From the IMG/VR virus record IMGVR_UViG_3300049889_000020: a stretch of 64,000 nt of DNA. The stretch is one strand, 5' to 3'. Under the pieces are notes generated by a model. That model was not told the DNA's origin. It did no database searches and saw nothing but the letters and a program-made list of their open reading frames with translations. The translations under genes were made by a program, and so were the position numbers. This DNA is from a virus. This document shows, piece after piece, positions 43,170 to 52,628 of this stretch. Positions within the stretch are counted from its first letter, which is position 1, and every line of letters starts with the position of its first letter.

Positions 43170-43739
43170 GTGACCAACGTTTACGACCCTCTTGCCCCCC
43201 AGCCGGACATCTACACCGCCACACGCCCGTCCGATGATCCGCAGATAGCCGCCGCGCCGCCCGCGATGTCGAGTCTCGATGACCTGCGCCTGGCGCTGGA
43301 TCAGGCCAGTGAGGTCGCTGATCAGGACTTCCCCGACTTCGAGCTGTACTCCCCCGGTGACGTGATCCGCTTGACCTGCTCAACGGATCTGGCGCAGCCG
43401 GACTTGAAGCGCATCCAGCTCGCGGCGCTACCACTGGCGGCGCGGCGCAAGCGCATCCCGGACCTAAAGAAGCTCGACGAGGTCACGATGTACGCCGGCC
43501 TCATCGGTGAGCAGGTCACTGAGATCGCCCTGAAGCAGCCCGACGGCTCCTACCGGCCGCTAGCGGGTGGGTTCGACTCCCCGGCGGTTCTTGCGGCGTT
43601 CGGGGCCGCTGAGGCAGCGGTGGCGGTGCAGCGCATCTTCGTCAAAGACGTGTTCCTGCTGCGCGCGGGGGAGGCCCTGCTGGATCGCTGCGGCTACGGG
43701 GAGTCCAAGCCGGGCGAGAGTGATGCGGACCCTACATAG
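43170..43739 (+). CDS. tail assembly chaperone (gpG-like)
   Basis: Position between tube and tape measure; GAGGAG upstream. Followed by a start-less coding ORF in the -1 frame. Confidence 0.55.
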   Translation: MTNVYDPLAPQPDIYTATRPSDDPQIAAAPPAMSSLDDLRLALDQASEVADQDFPDFELYSPGDVIRLTCSTDLAQPDLKRIQLAALPLAARRKRIPDLKKLDEVTMYAGLIGEQVTEIALKQPDGSYRPLAGGFDSPAVLAAFGAAEAAVAVQRIFVKDVFLLRAGEALLDRCGYGESKPGESDADPT

Positions 43740-43960
43740 CGCCGCATCCGCGCGAGCTGCGGCGTGAAGCGACCATCGAATGGCTAGCGGGCTTGGGGCT
43801 GGTGCGGGAAGCGGCGATGGTGGCGCGGATGTTCCGGCAGGACCCGGCCGCGATGCTCGATGACGGCGGTGACGACTGGCGGATGCTGGTGCGGATCGCG
43901 GCGGCCCGGTATGTGGCCCGCAGTGAAGAGGCCGAAGCCAAGCGCGCCCAGCAGTCCTAG
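43724..43960 (+). CDS. -1 frame extension of the tail assembly chaperone (gpGT-like)
   Basis: The frame opens at 43724 after TGA 43721-43723. It has strong codon bias and no start codon near its 5' end, and ends at TAG 43958-43960. Confidence 0.45.
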   Translation, partial: CGPYIAPHPRELRREATIEWLAGLGLVREAAMVARMFRQDPAAMLDDGGDDWRMLVRIAAARYVARSEEAEAKRAQQS

Positions 43961-44028
43961 CCCCTGCGTGTCTGCCGGTCACCGACTGGCCGCGCTGCGA
44001 CGATCACCCCTGACCCTGGGAGGTGATT

Positions 44029-46569
44029 GTGGCCGGCGCTGACGACGACGTGCATATCAGGGCGTCGATGTCCGGCGACATCACCGAGGCACTGGACAAG
44101 GCCACGGTCGCGGCGGAGGAGGCCGATCACGCGCTTGGCTCCCTGGGTAAGACCGGGGTGAAGGTCGGTGAAGAACTCGACGAAGGAATGGACAGGGCCA
44201 AGAACTCCACCCAGCGCGCCCGCAACGCTCTGGGCCAGTTCGTGCCCGCCGCTAACGCCGCTGGCAACGCCGCTGCCGCGTCGGGCGCGAAGGCCGCAGC
44301 GGGCAGTCTCGGGTACACCAAGCTAGCCAACTCGGTCAAGGGCGCCACCCAGGCCACGAACTCCTCGACCGGCGGCGCCAAGAAGCACGTGTCGCAGCTG
44401 GAGGCGTGGGCGAAGTCGGCGGATAAGGCCAGCAAGGCGACCGGCGGCCTGAAGTCAATGATCATGCTGATCAAGTGGGGCACGATCCTCACGGGCGGCC
44501 AAGCCGTCGTCGGCATGCTGGTTTCCCTGGGTGCCGGCGCGGTGATGGCCGTGGGCCACATGGCGCCCCTGGTGGGCGTCGCGGGGGCGCTGGGGCCGGC
44601 GCTGTTCCTCGCTGCCGCCGGCATGGCCCTGATGAAGATAAGCGGCAAGGACATCGGGGCACTGCTGCGCCCGCTGACCAACGACTTCATGGCGATGCGC
44701 ATGGAGATCAGTCAGAAGATGGTGCCCGGCTTCCAGGCGTTCGATCGGGAGATCCATGATCGGATGATCCCCACCCTGCGCACCGGACTGGTGGGGCTGG
44801 CCGGGGCGTTCGGTGGCGCGGTCGCCCACGTCGGCGACATGGTCTCCGGGGCGCGCCAGGTAAGCCAGATCGGCACCCTGTTCGCCGGGGTGACCCCACT
44901 CGTCGGGCTGATGGGCAACTCCCTGGGCCACGTGCTGATCACGCTACTCAACCTGGCCGTCGCGGCGCTGCCCATGACGACGTCGATGGCACAGGGGCTC
45001 GACCGCGTCACCACGAAGCTAGACGCGTGGTCGAAGCGGATGACCGACTCCGGCAAGGCTCAAGCGTTCATGTCGCGGGCCTGGAATCAGCTCAAGACCG
45101 ACGGCCGGATCTTAGAAGACCTCATCGTCGGGCTGTTCCACATCTTCTCCATCGCGGGCGGGGTCGCGCGCGACCAGCTCGGCGGGGGCATGGAGACCGC
45201 CGCTAAGAGGTTCCGGGACTGGACGACGTCGGCGGCCGGCGCCGCCCGGATCACGAAGTTCTTCACCGACTCCGTGCCCATCCTGCGCGAGACGGGTCTA
45301 CTGCTACTGGCATTGCTGCACGGCATCAGTGGAATTGGCACCAACCCACAGGTCGCCGGGCTGATCCGGCAGATCCGCACGGAACTGCTACCGGCGCTGG
45401 GCGCGCTGTTCCACAACCTGGCCGGCACCAGTACCGGCGGGTTCGGCAGCGCCCTGGTCACCGCGTTCACCCAGATCGCGCTAGCCCTGAGCAAGATCCC
45501 CCTGGGCGGGCTGACGATCATCATTCAGGCGATCGCGGTACTCGCCGGGGGCATCGTCTTCCTAGTCGCCCACGTGCCCGGCCTGGGCCTGCTCATCGGA
45601 ACGGCCCTGACCCTGTTCACTGTGTTCGGCGCTGGCGCGAAGGCCGTGGGCAGCGTGTTGGGCCTGTTCGCCAAGGTCGAGAAAATCATGGAGTGGTCGA
45701 AGTCCATCGGCGCCCTGGGGTTCATCCTGCGCTGGGTGGTGCCGCTGTTCCAGGGGCTCGGCGAAGGGATCCTGTTCGTCGCCCGCTCCCTGCTCTACGC
45801 GGCCATCTCCAACCCCGTCGGCGCGATCATTGTTGGCCTTACGCTGCTGGTGCTGGCTTTCATCTACGCGTGGAACCACTACGCGTGGTTCCGCGACGGG
45901 GTCAAAGCCATCGGGCGCGCCGTTGTCGACGCGTTCATTTGGATGGCCCAAGCCGCCGCTGCCCCGTTCATCAAACTGTGGGACATCATCAAGGGCGCCT
46001 ACAACCTGATCGCCAAGGGCTGGAACCTGATCCCCACCATCGCGGTCCCCACCTGGGTGCCATTGATCGGGGGCACCAACTTCACCCTGCCGAAGATGCC
46101 GCTACTCGCCGAGGGCGGCGTGATCCAGTACTCCACCGCCATCGTTGGCGAGCAAGGTCCCGAAGCTCTCATCAAGGGCGGCCAGTTCCTGGGCATGATC
46201 GGCACGCACGGCCCGGAGCTGCGCACCGACCTCCCGCCGGGCGGCTACGTCGTGCCTAACCTGGGCACGTTGAGCAAGTTCCCGATGCTCGCCGACCGGC
46301 TACCGGCATCGGTCGCTGACGCGGTGGCCGGGGCGATCCCCGGTTACGGGGCACTGCTGGGCCGGGGCAGTGCGGCACCGGGCTCCCCGCACGTGTCGGT
46401 CAATGTCGACACCGGCTCGAAGGAAGTGGTCGACGCCATCAACGACCTGGCCGCTGCCGTGCTGGCCAGCACGCGCCGGCCACCCGACCAGCCGCCCCCG
46501 GTGCGCTCGTCTGAGCGTCTCGCCGGGCTGTCCGACCGGTACCGCTACAGCTCACCCAGGAGGCCGTGA
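44029..46569 (+). CDS. tape measure protein
   Basis: About 846 aa, Ala/Gly-rich with many hydrophobic helices, following the chaperone pair. GGGAGG 5 nt before GTG 44029. Confidence 0.7.
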   Translation: MAGADDDVHIRASMSGDITEALDKATVAAEEADHALGSLGKTGVKVGEELDEGMDRAKNSTQRARNALGQFVPAANAAGNAAAASGAKAAAGSLGYTKLANSVKGATQATNSSTGGAKKHVSQLEAWAKSADKASKATGGLKSMIMLIKWGTILTGGQAVVGMLVSLGAGAVMAVGHMAPLVGVAGALGPALFLAAAGMALMKISGKDIGALLRPLTNDFMAMRMEISQKMVPGFQAFDREIHDRMIPTLRTGLVGLAGAFGGAVAHVGDMVSGARQVSQIGTLFAGVTPLVGLMGNSLGHVLITLLNLAVAALPMTTSMAQGLDRVTTKLDAWSKRMTDSGKAQAFMSRAWNQLKTDGRILEDLIVGLFHIFSIAGGVARDQLGGGMETAAKRFRDWTTSAAGAARITKFFTDSVPILRETGLLLLALLHGISGIGTNPQVAGLIRQIRTELLPALGALFHNLAGTSTGGFGSALVTAFTQIALALSKIPLGGLTIIIQAIAVLAGGIVFLVAHVPGLGLLIGTALTLFTVFGAGAKAVGSVLGLFAKVEKIMEWSKSIGALGFILRWVVPLFQGLGEGILFVARSLLYAAISNPVGAIIVGLTLLVLAFIYAWNHYAWFRDGVKAIGRAVVDAFIWMAQAAAAPFIKLWDIIKGAYNLIAKGWNLIPTIAVPTWVPLIGGTNFTLPKMPLLAEGGVIQYSTAIVGEQGPEALIKGGQFLGMIGTHGPELRTDLPPGGYVVPNLGTLSKFPMLADRLPASVADAVAGAIPGYGALLGRGSAAPGSPHVSVNVDTGSKEVVDAINDLAAAVLASTRRPPDQPPPVRSSERLAGLSDRYRYSSPRRP

Positions 46570-47261
46570 TGGCACTGGCGGTCATCCGTGACCCGGTGTC
46601 CGGGGTGAGCTTCACCGCTGTTCCCGGCCAGCGCGCCTACCTGCTCACTGAGGACGGGTCGGCGAGCTTCACGTTCCGTTTCGCGCCGCCGGTCATCGAG
46701 TACGGCGTGTGGGAGCAGGATTGGGTGCAAGTCTCGAGAGTGGGTCTCGTGCCGCTGCTGGTGCGCAAGGCCGACAAGCTCGACACGATGCGGTTCACCA
46801 TCAACATCGGTGACCCGGACGACTTCTACGGTGACCAGTCGGGCTACATCAACACGCTGAAGCTGGTCTCGAAGTCCCGGATGCGGGTCATGATGCGCTA
46901 CTCCGATCAGGAGGCCGGGCTGTGGCGGATCACCGCGCTGGCGGTGTCCAGTGTGTTGCGCCACCCGGACACGAACCTGATCATCCGGGCGACCGCCGAC
47001 ATCACGATGACCCGCGCCAGTGAGACCTCCCCGAACACCGGCCCGGTGTCCTCACCTGTGGCTCCCGCACCGGTCGCGGCACCGCAGAGCAATGCCCCGG
47101 CGAAGTCGTACACGACGGCACCGGGGGACACGCTGTGGGGGATCGCGCAGAAGCTCTACGGGCGCGGTGACCGGTGGCCGGTCATCTATGACGCGAACCG
47201 TGACAAGATCGCGACCCCGCAGACAATGGCCGTGGGGATCACGCTGGTAATTCCGCCGTAG
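46569..47261 (+). CDS. LysM-domain tail protein (gpX-like position)
   Basis: C-terminal LysM: DTLWGIAQKLYGRGDRWPVIYDANRDKIATPQTMAVGITLVIP. Confidence 0.6.
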   Translation: MALAVIRDPVSGVSFTAVPGQRAYLLTEDGSASFTFRFAPPVIEYGVWEQDWVQVSRVGLVPLLVRKADKLDTMRFTINIGDPDDFYGDQSGYINTLKLVSKSRMRVMMRYSDQEAGLWRITALAVSSVLRHPDTNLIIRATADITMTRASETSPNTGPVSSPVAPAPVAAPQSNAPAKSYTTAPGDTLWGIAQKLYGRGDRWPVIYDANRDKIATPQTMAVGITLVIPP

Positions 47262-47997
47262 GAGGGCTCTCATGCCGTGGCTCAACGCTTTGATCATGCT
47301 CATCATCGGGGTGGTGCTGGTCGCCATCAACGGCCTGCTGCCCTACCCGCTCAGTGTCATCTGCTACATCGTGGGCATCATCGTGGCTATCGTCGGGCTG
47401 GTCTTGCTGATCGTCGGCCTGGTGCGGGGCAGCGGGTGGAACACTCGCGTCTAGGACGGCCGCCCGTGGAGTGCCCCGGCGGTGCCGTGCGACCGCGACC
47501 GCGAGTACCTGATCGCCGTGCGGGGTGCGCCCAGCGGGCTTGAAAACGGACAGCGCGGTGGCGCCGAGCAGGCATAGCAGTGCCAGCACGCGGGGCAGCA
47601 GGGTAGGGCCGTGCAGTGCAACGGTGATAGCACCGACGATGGTCAAGACGTACACGGCAACGACCTTGCCCACGATCCACCAGTAGCGGAACAGTCCCCA
47701 CACGGTGCTCGCCGACAGCGCGAGCCCGGTGACCAGCGAGACGGCCACGGTGGGAACCACCGCCCACCATGCCAGGTGGGCGATGAGGGCGCTCACGTTG
47801 GACGCTTCGACAGTGTTCCGGCTGGTGCGTCGGACGATCTCTAGGCCGACGACCGCGCCGTCGATGGTGAGCCATCCGACTGAGGCGGTGATGTGCACGG
47901 TCAGCAGTAGGGGCCGGGCCCACCGTGGGAGCCGCCAGACGACGGCGTGCGTCGTCCAGTGGGGCTCGTGCCCGGCAGGCCCGGCCGCGATGGTCAT
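47239..47997 (-). CDS. multi-pass membrane protein (moron); its 3' ~215 nt run antisense through 47272..47454
   Basis: Five hydrophobic helices in the first ~180 codons. The tail is D/H/Q-rich antisense-type sequence before the first stop. Confidence 0.5.
   Translation of the reverse strand: MTIAAGPAGHEPHWTTHAVVWRLPRWARPLLLTVHITASVGWLTIDGAVVGLEIVRRTSRNTVEASNVSALIAHLAWWAVVPTVAVSLVTGLALSASTVWGLFRYWWIVGKVVAVYVLTIVGAITVALHGPTLLPRVLALLCLLGATALSVFKPAGRTPHGDQVLAVAVARHRRGTPRAAVLDASVPPAAPHQADDQQDQPDDSHDDAHDVADDTERVGQQAVDGDQHHPDDEHDQSVEPRHESPPTAELPA
47272..47454 (+). CDS. 60-aa two-helix membrane protein
   Basis: AGGAGGG upstream; very high G/C at third positions. Confidence 0.55.
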   Translation: MPWLNALIMLIIGVVLVAINGLLPYPLSVICYIVGIIVAIVGLVLLIVGLVRGSGWNTRV

Positions 47998-48182
47998 TCA
48001 GACATGCTTCCCCGCTGGTGGGGGATGCGGGCGAAACACGCCGGTTCAGGGGCGGGGTCGATGGGGGCATCGAGACAGCCGTGGACACCGTAGATGTCCA
48101 TGACGATCAGGGTGGTCTGTTCTCGACGCGCGGTGGAGCTACGAGACTCTTCACAGGGGTCCATCGAAGGATGCGACCACAC
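47994..48182 (-). CDS. small protein coupled to the membrane protein (alternative start 48101)
   Basis: ATGA overlap with the downstream gene; good codon bias from 48101. Confidence 0.35.
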   Translation of the reverse strand: MWSHPSMDPCEESRSSTARREQTTLIVMDIYGVHGCLDAPIDPAPEPACFARIPHQRGSMSE

Positions 48183-48342
48183 GTTACGTGATCAGGCAAT
48201 CACCCAGAGGTGCCTATCTTACTCACGCTGAGTGATCGGAGTGTCGGACCCTCCGAAGCCACGCCGCTGCGTAGGGTAACGCCGACGATCACCCCCGGCA
48301 CCTCCGGTAGCCCCGTCCACAGATCGGAGGCGCCCCCCGTCC

Positions 48343-50208
48343 ATGGCCGCCGGTCAGATCCACCTCACCGGGCCACAGGTCGCCCAACTCGTCGTCGAGG
48401 TCAACTTCCCGCCGGAAGACCGCGTCACCATGGTCGCCATCGCCAAAGCCGAATCCGGCTGGACAGTCGACGCCATCAACACCGCCAACTCAAACGGCTC
48501 CACCGACCGTGGCCTGTTTCAGATCAACTCCGTTCACTCGCAGTACAACGCCCAGCAACTGCTGTCCGACCCCCGCTACAACACCCAGGCCGCCAAAGAC
48601 ATCTACGACTCCCAGGGCCTGAAAGCGTGGTCGACCTACAACGCCGGGGCGCAAACGCCCTACATGAACGAGTCCGCCCAAGCCGTCGCCAACGCGGGCG
48701 GGCTCGTCGGACTACCCCCCGTGGCCGGCTCAGACCCGGCCAGTCAAACCGTCGTCTACGGCCCGCCCGGTGGCGAGGAGGTACGCGCCGGCAAAGCGTT
48801 CCCACTGGAGTTCAATACCCCCACCGCCGACGGGTCGATCGGCATCATCCGCATCATGGGCACCCAGATCGCCGGCAGTCTCGGACTCCAGATCATCGAC
48901 GAGCCCACCTTCCGGGCCGCCATGGACATGGTCCCCCACATCACGTTCTCCGTGCTAGACCCCGGTTTCAACCTGTCCAACTCGAAGCTGTTCACCCCAG
49001 GCAACCTGCTCACCTGGCGCGACGCCACCATGCGCACCGACACCGTGTCCTACATCCCCGGTGACCACGGGCAAGGTCAAGCCGACGTCACCGCCGAAGA
49101 CGACATCGTCCACGCCCTGAAGCAGCTACGCGGGCCGCACACCGCGAGCAACATCGACGCCACCACGTGGCTGTTCCAAGAGATCTCCACCGTCGGCTAT
49201 GACCCTACGAAGTTCCTGCTCGGCGAGTCCGTGCCCACCCAGACCACCATCGCCCGCGACGTCTGGGACCCGTCCATGGGTGTCGTCGCCGACACCGAGT
49301 TTCCGTCCGCGTGGACGACGATCGTGCGTCTCGCGCGCGAGCTGGGCAAGTGGGTGTTCGTCTCCGGCCGGCGCATCGTCTTCGGCTCCGCCCAGTTCGC
49401 GATGGCCTGGGCCGCCGCCGCCCCCGTGCGCATCGGGTGGGACAACGCGGTGCCCGAGGAGGCGTTCATGGACATCCCCACCACCGTGCGCGCCACCATC
49501 GCCGACCGGGTGCAAACGTTGCAGGTCAAGGGGCGGGTGCCGCACGCGCGCGCGGCGCTGTTCCGCCCCGGTGTGCCGGTGGACGTCTACGGGGTGATGG
49601 GTGCCGACAACACCCCCAACATCCAGCCCCGCAACACCGCCGCCGCACCCATCCGCATGATGGTCAGCGACATCGAACACGTCCTGGCCACCGACACCGA
49701 CGGCGCCGACGTCACGTTCATTGAGCCCGTCAACCCCATCCCGCAACCGCCGGGATCCACCAACGACCCGAACAAAAACCCGCTCACCGCCGGGGCCGCC
49801 GGGATCAGCGGTGGCGGAGCCGATGGGCAAGTCGAAACTTTCGTGCGCAACGCCCTCCAGGAGACCGGCAAGACCTACGTCTACGGCGCCACCCCCGCCG
49901 CGACTGACCCCGACCCGCGTGCGTTCGACTGCTCCAGCCTGGTGCAGTGGGCGGCGACCCGCGCCGGCATCCCCAACGTGCCCCGCACGAGCGAGCAGCA
50001 GATCGCCGCGTGTGACCTGATCTCCGTGGCGACCGCCATCAACACGCGCGGGGCACTGCTGCACCAGCCTGGCCACATCGCCATCAGCTTGGGCAACGGG
50101 CGCACCATCGAAGCCAGCCAAGACGGGGTGCCCGTCGGCCAGCTCAACGCCACCGGCCGCAAGTGGGATCAAGGCGGCAAGCTGCGCGGGGCGTTGGGCT
50201 ACCTATGA
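48343..50208 (+). CDS. baseplate hub / tail-associated lysin (lytic transglycosylase + NlpC/P60-like)
   Basis: N-terminal AIAKAESGW...RGLFQINS (SLT-like). C-terminal FDCSSLVQWA...GHIAISLG (NlpC/P60-like). Confidence 0.65.
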   Translation: MAAGQIHLTGPQVAQLVVEVNFPPEDRVTMVAIAKAESGWTVDAINTANSNGSTDRGLFQINSVHSQYNAQQLLSDPRYNTQAAKDIYDSQGLKAWSTYNAGAQTPYMNESAQAVANAGGLVGLPPVAGSDPASQTVVYGPPGGEEVRAGKAFPLEFNTPTADGSIGIIRIMGTQIAGSLGLQIIDEPTFRAAMDMVPHITFSVLDPGFNLSNSKLFTPGNLLTWRDATMRTDTVSYIPGDHGQGQADVTAEDDIVHALKQLRGPHTASNIDATTWLFQEISTVGYDPTKFLLGESVPTQTTIARDVWDPSMGVVADTEFPSAWTTIVRLARELGKWVFVSGRRIVFGSAQFAMAWAAAAPVRIGWDNAVPEEAFMDIPTTVRATIADRVQTLQVKGRVPHARAALFRPGVPVDVYGVMGADNTPNIQPRNTAAAPIRMMVSDIEHVLATDTDGADVTFIEPVNPIPQPPGSTNDPNKNPLTAGAAGISGGGADGQVETFVRNALQETGKTYVYGATPAATDPDPRAFDCSSLVQWAATRAGIPNVPRTSEQQIAACDLISVATAINTRGALLHQPGHIAISLGNGRTIEASQDGVPVGQLNATGRKWDQGGKLRGALGYL

Positions 50209-51191
50209 GCATGCAGCTCGCCGACTTCGGCACGATGCACCGGGGCCTCGTCGTGGCCGTCGACACCCACGGCGTCACCGTGGAGATTCCCCTGCTGGCG
50301 CCCAACGCCCCGATGGGGCCCTACCCGACAGCGGTGCCCAACCTCGCTATCGGTGAGGCGGTGCTGCTCTGCCAGATCTCCACCTCCCGCGACAGCCTCG
50401 CGGTGATCGGGCGCATCCCCGGCCGGGCGCCCACGATCGCCGAAATCCTCACCCTGGCCTCCACTCTGACCGCGATCCAAGCGGCGGCGACCGCATTGAC
50501 CACCCGCGTGACCACCGCCGAAGGCAACATCACCACCAACACGACCAACATCACCGCCAACGCTGTCGCGATCGCCGCCCATGGGGTGCGGCTGACCACC
50601 GACGAGACGAACATCGCGGCCAACGCTGCCGCGATCACCGCTCTGACCACGCGGGTGGGCACCGCCGAAACGAACATCACCGCCATTCAGGCGGCGGCAA
50701 CCGCGCTGGCCGCGCGGACGGCGGTGCTGGAGGACACCACCCGCGTAGGCGCGACCCGGTATGTCTTCCAGGCCGCCGACGCGACGGGGATTGTCAGCCA
50801 GACCACCCCACAGGCGACCAGTCTGATCATGTCGGTGCTCGCCGGGGCGACCTACGAGTGGGAGGCGCTGGTCATCGTTGACGTGCAGCCCACCCCAGGT
50901 TGCAAGATCACCTTCACGGTCCCCACCGGTACCGCCGTACCTCGTGTCGCGCCGTGGTTCTCCGGTGACCCCGCCGGCAACGCCGCCATCTGGCACGACG
51001 TGTTCGACGGACCCTCCTACGTCATGGGCGGCAAGACCGGCGGCGGGATGATGTCCTCGCGCCCCGCTGGCGGGCTCGTCGTCGCGGCCACCGCCGGGAA
51101 CTTCGCCATCCAATACAGTCAGAACGTCTCCGATCCGTCCACCACACTGTTCAAGGCCGGATCGAAACTGAAGATGACCAGAGTGGCCTGA
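50205..51191 (+). CDS. baseplate spike, gpV-like OB-fold N-terminus + repeat-rich coiled region
   Basis: MHRGLVVAVDTHGVTVEIPLL...IGEAVLLCQISTSRDSLAVIGRI, then NIT-type repeats. ATGA coupling to the upstream gene. Confidence 0.5.
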   Translation: MSMQLADFGTMHRGLVVAVDTHGVTVEIPLLAPNAPMGPYPTAVPNLAIGEAVLLCQISTSRDSLAVIGRIPGRAPTIAEILTLASTLTAIQAAATALTTRVTTAEGNITTNTTNITANAVAIAAHGVRLTTDETNIAANAAAITALTTRVGTAETNITAIQAAATALAARTAVLEDTTRVGATRYVFQAADATGIVSQTTPQATSLIMSVLAGATYEWEALVIVDVQPTPGCKITFTVPTGTAVPRVAPWFSGDPAGNAAIWHDVFDGPSYVMGGKTGGGMMSSRPAGGLVVAATAGNFAIQYSQNVSDPSTTLFKAGSKLKMTRVA

Positions 51192-51213
51192 CCACTCGGT
51201 TACCTTGTTTCCC

Positions 51214-52266
51214 ATGGCCTTGCGAACGCACATCGTCGGCAGCGTCAGCCCCGACAACATCGTCGCGTCGATGAACCTGCTTGTCGACGAGCTGGGCGAC
51301 ACCATCACCACGCTGCCCTTCGAGCGCCGCCGCCACTGGGTCATCGAGTTCCTTGAGCAGCGCGCGCAGGACCCCCGCTACCGGATCCTGCGCCGGTCGC
51401 GCATGAGTGAAGACCGCGACCTGCGACCCCTGCTGGACCCGCCGCGCGCCATCCCCCGCCACGGCGTGAAGGTCACCGCCGACTCCCTGCCCCTGCCTTA
51501 CGCCGCTGAGGTCGCCTACGCGCTGCCCATCATGCGAGCAATCCCCAGGCTGCGCACCGCCGTACGCCCGCAGGCCGGCATCGCCGACCCCATGAACGTC
51601 GGTGGATTTTTCTGGCTCAACCCGATGCGCCATTACGACGCCGAGGTCGGCGCCGCGCTGCGCGAAATCGACCTCATTCATGGCCTCACTTTCGGCAACG
51701 CCGTCTACCAGTGGGAAGGCCCCCTGCAAACCGTCGCCGTCGCGAAAGCTCCCCGCCGACTACAGGGAGTAGTCGCCGAGAAGATGGCTCGTCGGGCGTG
51801 CGAGTTCATCGCCCAGTCCCCGAAAGACTCCGTCTGGATCCTGCACTTCTGTTACGGCAACAAAAATGACTCCCCGCTGGCCAGCCCGCCCGACGCCGGC
51901 CCGCTGGTGGAGCTGGCCAACGCGATGTGGACCTACTGGCCCAAAAATCAGATCCTCGACGCGATCCACCTCCCCTTCGGCGACCGACACCACCCCACCC
52001 CGTACTCCCGGCACTTCTACCTCCCGATGGGCGAGCTGATCGCGCCCGAGACGGTGCACATCTCCGCCGGGTTCGTCCGCGCCATGGTCGCGTCCAACCA
52101 CCCGCACTGGGAACCGCAGCTGGAGCAGCACCGCTGGGCCTGGGATGCCTTCACCCGGATGGTGAACCGTGACAACGTCGGATGCTCCACCGGGTGCGGC
52201 TGGGGCCGCCAGCCCGGCGCCGTAGTGGCCACCGCGAAGCTACTGTCGGCGGTCGCGCACTTCTGA
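51214..52266 (+). CDS. MetE/UROD-like superfamily protein (enzyme-like gene inside the baseplate module)
   Basis: N-terminal THIVGS and an H-x-C-Y motif (HFCYGN, 51844-51855) resembling the Zn site HMCYCE of cobalamin-independent methionine synthase. Good codon bias. Confidence 0.4.
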   Translation: MALRTHIVGSVSPDNIVASMNLLVDELGDTITTLPFERRRHWVIEFLEQRAQDPRYRILRRSRMSEDRDLRPLLDPPRAIPRHGVKVTADSLPLPYAAEVAYALPIMRAIPRLRTAVRPQAGIADPMNVGGFFWLNPMRHYDAEVGAALREIDLIHGLTFGNAVYQWEGPLQTVAVAKAPRRLQGVVAEKMARRACEFIAQSPKDSVWILHFCYGNKNDSPLASPPDAGPLVELANAMWTYWPKNQILDAIHLPFGDRHHPTPYSRHFYLPMGELIAPETVHISAGFVRAMVASNHPHWEPQLEQHRWAWDAFTRMVNRDNVGCSTGCGWGRQPGAVVATAKLLSAVAHF

Positions 52267-52307
52267 CCCCGCGCGCCCCGCTAGAGATCACCTGGCGACA
52301 TGCCAGG

Positions 52308-52628
52308 ATGCGCCACGTGGCACAAGTGTGGGACTTCCCCTTCGCGCTCGGACCGGGCGGCTCGGTGGCCGTCGTCGATCAGAACTCCGACCGTGATGTG
52401 GAGAACCAACTCGCCGTCGCTGTCCTGACCCGCCCCGGCGAGCGGGCCACCGTGCCCACCTTCGGCATCGCCGACCCCGCGTTCTCCGGCTGGGAGGCAC
52501 CCGCGCTGTCGCGTCACGTCCTGGACTTCGGCCCGGCCGTCGACGTCACCTCCGTGCGGGTACGGCGCGGCGGGGACACCCGTGGAGACCGGGAAGAGGT
52601 CGCTATCGACTGGGAGCGCCAAACGTGA
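52308..52628 (+). CDS. baseplate wedge protein, GPW/gp25-like
   Basis: FPFALGPGGSVAVVDQNSDRDVENQLAVAVLTRPGERATVPTFG. Confidence 0.6.
   Translation: MRHVAQVWDFPFALGPGGSVAVVDQNSDRDVENQLAVAVLTRPGERATVPTFGIADPAFSGWEAPALSRHVLDFGPAVDVTSVRVRRGGDTRGDREEVAIDWERQT

Noticed and set aside
48210-49064. 284-aa plus-strand ORF overlapping the start of the hub-lysin gene
   Set aside because: It is out of frame with 48343..50208, which has clear SLT motifs and codon bias. Its translation is Arg/Pro/His-rich.
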